Source of the DNA: Clostridiales bacterium
GTDB taxonomy: Bacteria; Bacillota; Clostridia; Christensenellales; UBA1242
Assembly: GCA_015055515.1 (NCBI GenBank)
Contig: SVIC01000003.1
Coordinates: 15,435 to 79,434, forward strand
Direction: 5' to 3'
Length of the DNA stretch: 64,000 nt
The notes beneath the pieces were generated by a model that saw nothing but the letters and a program-made list of their open reading frames with translations, was not told the DNA's origin and did not search any database. This document shows positions 25,477 through 34,400 of this stretch, one piece after another. Positions within the stretch are counted from its first letter, which is position 1. The number at the start of each line of letters is the position of its first letter. The translations under genes and the position numbers were made by a program.

Positions 25477-28400
25477 ATGGAGAAAAATATGATTAACACT
25501 AACATCAAGAAAACAACAGGTAAAAATATTATTGCAATATCGCTAAGTATAATACTTGCATTTGTATTATCGCACATAATATTTAGCACAAAAACTCTGG
25601 CAGAGAATAGCACCTACATGCCAGACTTTATTGTAGCAACAACCAATATAAGAGAAACAAACAACTATCAAAACAACGCCGTAGATATAATATACGAAGA
25701 GAACTCTGCGGGATCTTTCGTTATGTGGGCGAACGAGTATTATAACCTAAGAGACAATACTCTTAGCCAAGTACCTAACTACAAGCAAGTTATTAGCGTT
25801 GATGGAGATACAAATGTTGCTTCAATAAGTGACTACTACACCTATGATGCAGGAACGGGAAAATTTACTGGCTTGCTTGAACTTCCAGAGGCTAATAAGT
25901 GGTATAGATACGATGATAATGGCAAGCTAAGCCCAATAGGTGCTCGCCTATCAAAAGACAATCTTACTAGTGCCATTTCAATGGAAGATAGCAGAGTAGA
26001 TAGCAAAGATTCTGATGTTAGAAAAATAATTATAGATGGAAAAGATGTATATATACAAGTAGGAGAAGAAAACAAAATTTACTCAAAAGACTACTATTAT
26101 GGATATAATTATAAGTCTTTCAAATCAGAGTATAGTTATAAACCAATTACGCCATCTGATAGTGCGGAAATATCCTACACATATATCTCCGATCTAACAA
26201 CCGATCCTATATCAACAAGTGAGCACAAGTATACTTATATTTCAAATATATTTGAGAAGCATACAGACACAAGTGGCAAATTCGCATATTACAATAACTC
26301 TTGGATGAAGGTTGAATTATGTAATGCTGATGGCATAATCACCAATACAACTGATGACACATACGTAATATTAGAAAAAGACGGACAACTACCTAAGATA
26401 TGGGTGTCTGGATCAACATATTATTATAAAGATACAAATGGCGATAAAAAACAACTTGAGAGCCAACCCGAATTCTATACATATTCTATTCAAAACGGCT
26501 TATATTGCATATCCGGAACAGAATATCTATTACTAGAAAATGAGAATATAGATAGATTTGATGGAACTAAATTAACCCTAACTGGTAATGTCGAGCTAGA
26601 ACTAGATCAACTATATACCAGAGTATACATTAACGAACCATATCTAAAAATAGGCGCTAACACAGAAAAAACTGTAGAATTCGTAAAATTAGACAATACC
26701 GACCCTGCAAATATAAATTTCATATCTGGTAGCATATCGATTAACAAGCACTTATTCAGCATTTCCTATGACAATGCTAATATAATAAACTATAATGGTG
26801 TATGGCAAATAATAGAATATTGTCGTGCAGATGGAGGAAAATTATCCAACACCACAGAAAAAACTAATTATGTAATATTAGAAAAAGATAATAACAATAC
26901 ATCAGTATGGGGTGAATTGAACTCCAACAAGTATTATTACAAAGATGGTGCAAACACAAAAGAACGAACTACCAATGCCACTAACAATGCCCTTCCAACA
27001 TTATATGGCTATAAATTAAACAGTGGATTATATAGTCACAAAGACTACGAATATATTCCGCTAAAAGATGCCGTAATAACAAATATTAGTTACGATGAAA
27101 ACACATTAAAAGAAATAAAGGTTACAACTAATACTGGTAGAGAGCTAACAATCAACAACCTTTCAGATAACCTTTATACAAACAACTATTATTATGAGAT
27201 CTACAAAGCCGTATATGGCGAAGATAAGAACACAATCTTAGATTATGAATTATACAATTACGAATTAAAAGCAAGCGACAACACAAAAGGAAACTTCGAT
27301 AGTTATCAAAGCTTTATAAGTACATATTTTGCAGAAGACAACCTAGATGAATTATACTTCTTGGGCACAGACGGGGCTTATCACGAACTATTCAACACCG
27401 TATACGCTAATAGTGCTAAAGAAGTAATAACTTCTACCACTAGCGATATTGTACTAGACAACTACAAAGTACAAAGAGATCTATACAACTCTGATATTGC
27501 AACTACAGATAATCAAAATGTAGAGAATATATATCTTAGTTTTGGCGATATATACTACCCTAACATAAACGACAACAGCAAAAATGCATTTAATATCATT
27601 ATCACAGAATTGTCTGTTAATATGACATTGACTAATAGTTATTACAACGAGATACCGGTAATAATTAATGAGCCAATTAGACAAGAAAATATCAACTTAT
27701 CTAATGATGTAACCAAGCAAAATTGTTTCTGGTTCCAATATCTAGACCTTCAAAATCTAAGAACATATTCGGGATCAAACCTATCTGACACCAGAATAAT
27801 AGAACATTCTGCCGGAGAATACCAAATTGAAATAACATACAATACTTACAATATCGAGACAGGTATCAGTTCTACATCACAGAATTTCTCTTATTCGTTA
27901 ATTGTAGATGAGACAAGCAACAAAGACAGTTATCCTATTATAAATAATACTGAATATGTAGAAAAAGATAACAACTACCCTATATATACATATAACTTCC
28001 AAAGCATGAACAAGCCAGAGATAATGTTCGATGCTAGCGAATACTCGATGCAATATTCATATAACTACGATGAGTATAATACAGATTACAATTCTGCATT
28101 GAACATATTCAAAAGAGACACTGTTACAAAAGACACATTAGTAACATATGCTACTGCCACTGGAACTGAGAACACAGAGCAGAATATAAAATATTATCAA
28201 GAACATTCAATATTTACTTGGGTAGAAAGCGGATACATCAATAATATCGAAGTAAACAGAACACATTCTAGAACAAAAATACTAGCAAATGCCACTATTA
28301 TAGAAAAACCAACAAATGGTAAAATCCAAATAGTTGGCGCCACCAATGTTGATATTGACAAGGTTGCGATATTAGAATATACATATTATATCGATTCCCC

Positions 28401-31400
28401 TTCAAATGCATTCGTGAACGACAATTATTCTTCGCTGCAATTCGATAAGAAAATTGTCTCAATTGTTGGATACAGCACAGCAGAGAATACTTACTACATT
28501 TGGCACTATATAACAGATATTGAAAAATCAAAAGATGATTCTTTTGTAAGTTATAACAAAGTAATTAATGAATATATAACAAAGATATCCAAGCCAGTAA
28601 ATTATAGGTCATACGACAATATGTACAAGTTCTATAACTTAGATAAAACGCCTGCTACAGATTATGCAAAATTAGAAAAAGGTTTTGCTAGCAGAAAATA
28701 CGACTACTATTTCGATTATGAGCAGTTGGATTTCGATTATATCATAACTGATGAATTTTCCAACTTAGGTGAATACGTATTCGAAATGGGCTATGTAACA
28801 AGCACAAAATACTCACCTAGCAAAACACCTTATAACACATACAATCTGCACAATATCTCTAAAGACGTTATAGCAATTGAACCAAACTTCGATCCAAAAG
28901 GACTTGTTAATCTGCAACAAGGCACACTAAATGGAGGATATAATATATCTATATTTGGTGTAAAATCATATTTCAATAAGTACATGTCTGCGACATCAAC
29001 TACTGTACAGACCGAATTAATGCTAGAGTCAGAAAATATTTATAGTGACATGACCGCCACTATTAATTCAATTAATAACACTAATAAAATTGAACAAATG
29101 CCACAGGCAGGAACAACAATAAATAATGCGGGAACATCTATAGGAAAAGTACCTAATACCAACCAAGTACCAATTTACTTCGAATACTTATGTTCTTATG
29201 CATACACTGGAAACATTTCGAATAGCAGAATTTACAGATACCCTAGCTTCGTATACAACGATGATAATACATGCACAATCAAAAATACTAATAATTATAT
29301 CACCAGCTATTTTGATAAGAACTCAAGACCTGAAGATGATGGATATTATGAGATTATAATAGAGTATTCATATAAAAATAACGATACTAATTACGAGTCC
29401 GACAAGCAATATCAAGTATTTGCATTCGTTATAGACAACTCCTCTCCAGAGGTGGCATACGATACACTAAAAGAAACAATTGACAGCAAAGAATATAAAT
29501 ACTTAGATTGGCAAAGCATGGCATCCAACAATATAACAAACTCTATTGTTAGAGCTAATTGGAATACGCCTAATTACTTCCAATACGATATAATTCCAAC
29601 CATTACAAAGGAAAATTACTCTGGCGTATCAAGCATCTATGGATCAAGTGATAGCACTTCAACAATTAATGCTATAAGCGGAACTAATGAAGAAGTATTC
29701 ATTCATATTAATGAGACAGAGAAGATATCTCTTACAGGCAATGCAGATATTGTAAAAAATAATGGAGTAATACAATATACCGATAAAGCTGGACTAATTG
29801 CAGAAAAGTATTATATAACAAAGTATGACAATGCACATTTGACCAAGGTACCTGTATTCAAGCTAATAGTAGATCAGAACGCAAATCTTGACACAATACT
29901 AGAACAAAGCAAGAAAGAGTATTATCAAACAAGAATATTGAATAATACACTATATCCATCAGATATGTACAACGCTAAGATTGTGGATATTATTAACACT
30001 ATTATCCAGAGTGGAACATCAATTAGTTTTGAATTTATAGGATACAAATGGCAATTCATGATATACCCTACTTCGACACATCTAGATGAAATTAATAAAA
30101 TACAATCTAGTGGTAGCATATGGGGAAGCGGAAACTACTTATTAAAACTAACATATGGTAGCAGTGCAACATCTAACATAACTAGTAGGTTTGTTATAGA
30201 TACACTACCTATATCAAATGTCGTAGCTAGAAGTGTTATGTTATATAACAGCGGAAATATAATATCCAAAGGTTTTAATGGAAATTGCAACTTTGCAAGC
30301 GGATCGAACAACTTAATAAATGAGCCATTTACATTAATATACGATTCTAAAACAAGTGGAGCTGATATCACTACTTATTATAGAAAGATTTCATTCAAAT
30401 CCACTACAATAGATAAAGATTATGACAGACTGTATCTAGCAGACACCACCGTAGGTGTACTTACAGATATAGAGTTAACTGCAAGCGAAGATGCTCGATG
30501 GAAAAAATATACATATAATTATAACTACGGAGAGGCAGGATCAACAGTTCCTACAGGAAACGAATTCAATCCTGATTCTACATCACTATATGTATTCTAC
30601 TTAGAAGATCGTGCGGGCAACAAAGCTAATTATTATGTATTGTATGACAACTCTACACCTAAATACAGTGTGGAGTTAAGTGAAAAAGATAAAACATCAA
30701 ACAACTTCAATCTATACAATATTATCACAGACAATACAACACTATTCTGGGGAAATTATAAGGCAATTGAAGTATCTGGAAGCCTAGATATAGGTTATAT
30801 TATTAATAGAGCAAATCATATCAACTATCAACCTACAGCAATTGAAATGGCACTGAAAGATATCGTTGCAAAAAGCACTAATAACACTTATCTAGGAGCA
30901 AGCTACAAAACTTTTAGAAAAGATAATAACAAGTGGGAAGAAATAAGCAATGCAGACTATTCATCGGGAGATAAATGCTTTATATTAATACCTTTATCTA
31001 ACACAACATTCAACTATTCTCAAACAAACGCCGATGATAAGACAGAGAAGCAATTCATATTCAATATGCTTACTGGCAAAATTAACCAAACCATACTATC
31101 CCCTACAGCATTAGATTTAGCAATTGCAAATGGCTTAGTGGCAAACAACGCAACAGATACTGAAAAAGAGGCAGCAAGAAACCTAATAAAACGTAGCCCT
31201 CAAGGCACATATGGATTCTATGGCGAGATTCAATATGATTACGTAATAGAAGATATTCTAGGAAATAGCGATGGTGGCTTCTTATGGATGAACAACGACT
31301 TGACAGTAGCAATGGCATGGATGACTAATGCAAAAACTGACAAAGAATTGAGCAACAATGATGATCTGGGCGTATTTGCAGCAACAGATCTATCTAGCGC

Positions 31401-34400
31401 ATACGCAACTAGCCAAGTATACTTCACTTATTTAACTAGTATAGATAGTTCTATACCTACTGCAGAATTCGATTATAAATATTATCCATTTGAAGATTTA
31501 AGTAAAACCGGATTCTATAACAATTATAAAATAAAAAATATTTCATACAATAGTTCGAAAAGCTGTTATGAGATAATATTTGTAGATGAAAAGGACAACC
31601 AAATTACACATAACTACAGTGCTTTGTCTACTAACAACTATAATGCTGATGGAGATGCAGTAAATGAACCAAATAGTACTTATCCATTTACTATTTCCCC
31701 TACAACAGCATCTAACAATGGTTGGAACAAAATAACAGCAACTTCTAATTACAATGTTGCAGGAGACCCAAATAGAAAGGTGTCCAATCTAATTAACGAT
31801 ATATCTGATACATCTATTAAATATTCTGGAGCTGGTCTATATGTATTTAGAAGAGTATATGTAGATTATGTAGATGCTACACAATATAGCAATGGCATAA
31901 CAATTGTCAATAAAGCAAAAGCTGAAGAACTGGATAAAGATAGTGCTGTAAGATACTATGTATATTATATTGACAGAAATTCTATAATAGATGTAACTAA
32001 CATGATAGGCTCTGATATAACACTAACATATGGTAACTATATTCATGCTGTAACAAACGACAATGAGAATAACTTAAGCATTGATAATAACTATGCCAAT
32101 GTATATGGCTATGACAGCATATCAATAGATGCTGTACAGCAATCCAGCACATCAAATAGTGTTCAGACTTATGTATCTAGCGATAGTACCAACAAGATAT
32201 ATATCTCTCTAGATATGCCTATGGATAAATACAATCAGCCTAGAGCAGTAGCATTTGCAAAAGAAACTGATTTTGCATTGTCTATGACCGAAGCTGATAA
32301 AGCAAATACTGAATCTATGCTACGTAAGTTCTACAACCTATCTGAGAATCAGAATATTACTGAAGCACAAATAAATGAATTTATTAACAACTTCCTTGGC
32401 AAATACATGTTCGATAATTACAACGGTTTTGCAAACGGAACATATAATAAAAATTTCCAATTGAACGTAACCTTAAAAAATGGAAACAATGCGATCATGG
32501 AAAATAATATTATCACAGAGAATAATTCCATATACTTCAAACAGTATTCTGCAACAACATTACAGACCTCAACTGTTTCATCTATTGATAGACAAAACTT
32601 TACTAATTATTTAAGAAATGATATTACTTCAATCATCCTTAATGATCCTTCCGGCGATGGTTACAACTTTGCTATATCAGACAGCTCATTATTTACAAGA
32701 AATAACGTTATAATATCTGAAGCAAACTCATTGAATATTAACAACATTAATATCGCACCTATGAAGCCTACAGGATCTGTAATAGGTAAAAACCCAAATA
32801 CTAAATATCTAACTGATACAGAGTCTGAGAACTATGTACAAAACTTGTTCCAAAATGATCAGTTAAAGAGTATGAAATATTATGTTGCTTCGGCAGATAG
32901 CATATACCCTAATTCTAACAACAGTACCTTAATATTCTTAATAGATAATGATATATTAACTAACCTTACAGCAACAACAAACCCTTACAATATTGTAATT
33001 AATAAATTTAGTGAAAATGGTACTAAAAGCACAATATTTACTAGTAGCCTAACATACGAGATAGTTAATGGCGAAGTTGTTCCAAAATTCACTGCCAATA
33101 ATGCAAATGCCTTCATTAGTAATGCAACGATAGATAATAAGGCTACAAAATGGGCAATAGTAGTATTTGACAAGACTGCAAAGAATGAACAATATAAGAA
33201 TATATTATCAAATGCTGATGACAATGCAACATACCAGATTACTATCCAGCACTATGGTAAAAAAGAAGATTATATAGACAAAGATGTCAAACAGAACATA
33301 GCATTCAGCGATACTCAAGAGATAACAATTGATCACATAAAACCAATAATTAACCAAATAAAATTAATGGAGCAAGACAAATTTATCTCAAAGAATTTTG
33401 CAAAAATAAAATCATCAATTGAAGCTCAGAATAACAATCTTGTATATAATGATATACAATCATACTACAACGACTTAATTAGTAGAATTTCTAGTGGTAC
33501 AATCACCAAGATTGGAGCACAAAAATATTTGAAAAATGTATATGATATATACCTTGAATGCTACAAGAACTTAATGGGTAAAGAAGATAATTTCTTAAAA
33601 ACATTTACCGATCAATTCGGAGAAAAAGTAAATTACTGGAATAACTATTATTTCACAGTAGATGATAACTTCGAATTCATAAGTGGACTTCCTAGCCTTA
33701 ACAATGAAGATGGTAACGGAATGGGACTGGATTGTTATAACAATATTTATTTTAGAAAAATATCAGATCTGACTAAATACAAATATTCAATAACAACAGA
33801 TGACTTTACATCAACTACTAGTTCAGATATTACTGGTCACAGCATATTCTATGATAACATTGCAGAGACCTATGACAGCAGCAATAACCCAACTATAGAA
33901 TCTGACACAACCTTCTATAAAATAAGCCACACAAACAACAAAAATTATAAATTATTTGGTGAATCTATCAAAGATCCTGGTTATTATGAAATAATAGAAC
34001 GTGATGAGGCTGGAAACTATAGCGTATACCTAGTACACTATAATAATAACGGTAACGAATATAAATACACTTATTCTAAGTTATTTAATGACAAAACAGA
34101 AGATGAAATCAACCTAAGCTCAACAAAAGTTAATGAGATTCTAGGTACTGGGCTGGCATTGTCTAATGCGAATACGGATAATGTCGCCGATATGTTCCGT
34201 GCAGAAATAGCCTATACATTCACGACTATAAAAGAAGATGGCACTGTTGATAGAGTATACAACAATACATCCTCACCTATTTATATTTATTCTACAATGA
34301 TGAACAACGCTGTAGATATATATTATGATCGTAAGAATGACAATATGATAGACATAGACTCTGATTTATTGCAGTCTATCACTGGAATTGTAGCACTTGA

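Noticed and set aside
25236-25613. A 125-aa - strand ORF spans the fba terminator, the giant-gene promoter and the giant-gene start.
   Set aside because: It overlaps regulatory elements and the signal-peptide coding region of the giant ORF. It has an implausible composition, no RBS, and runs through a terminator hairpin.
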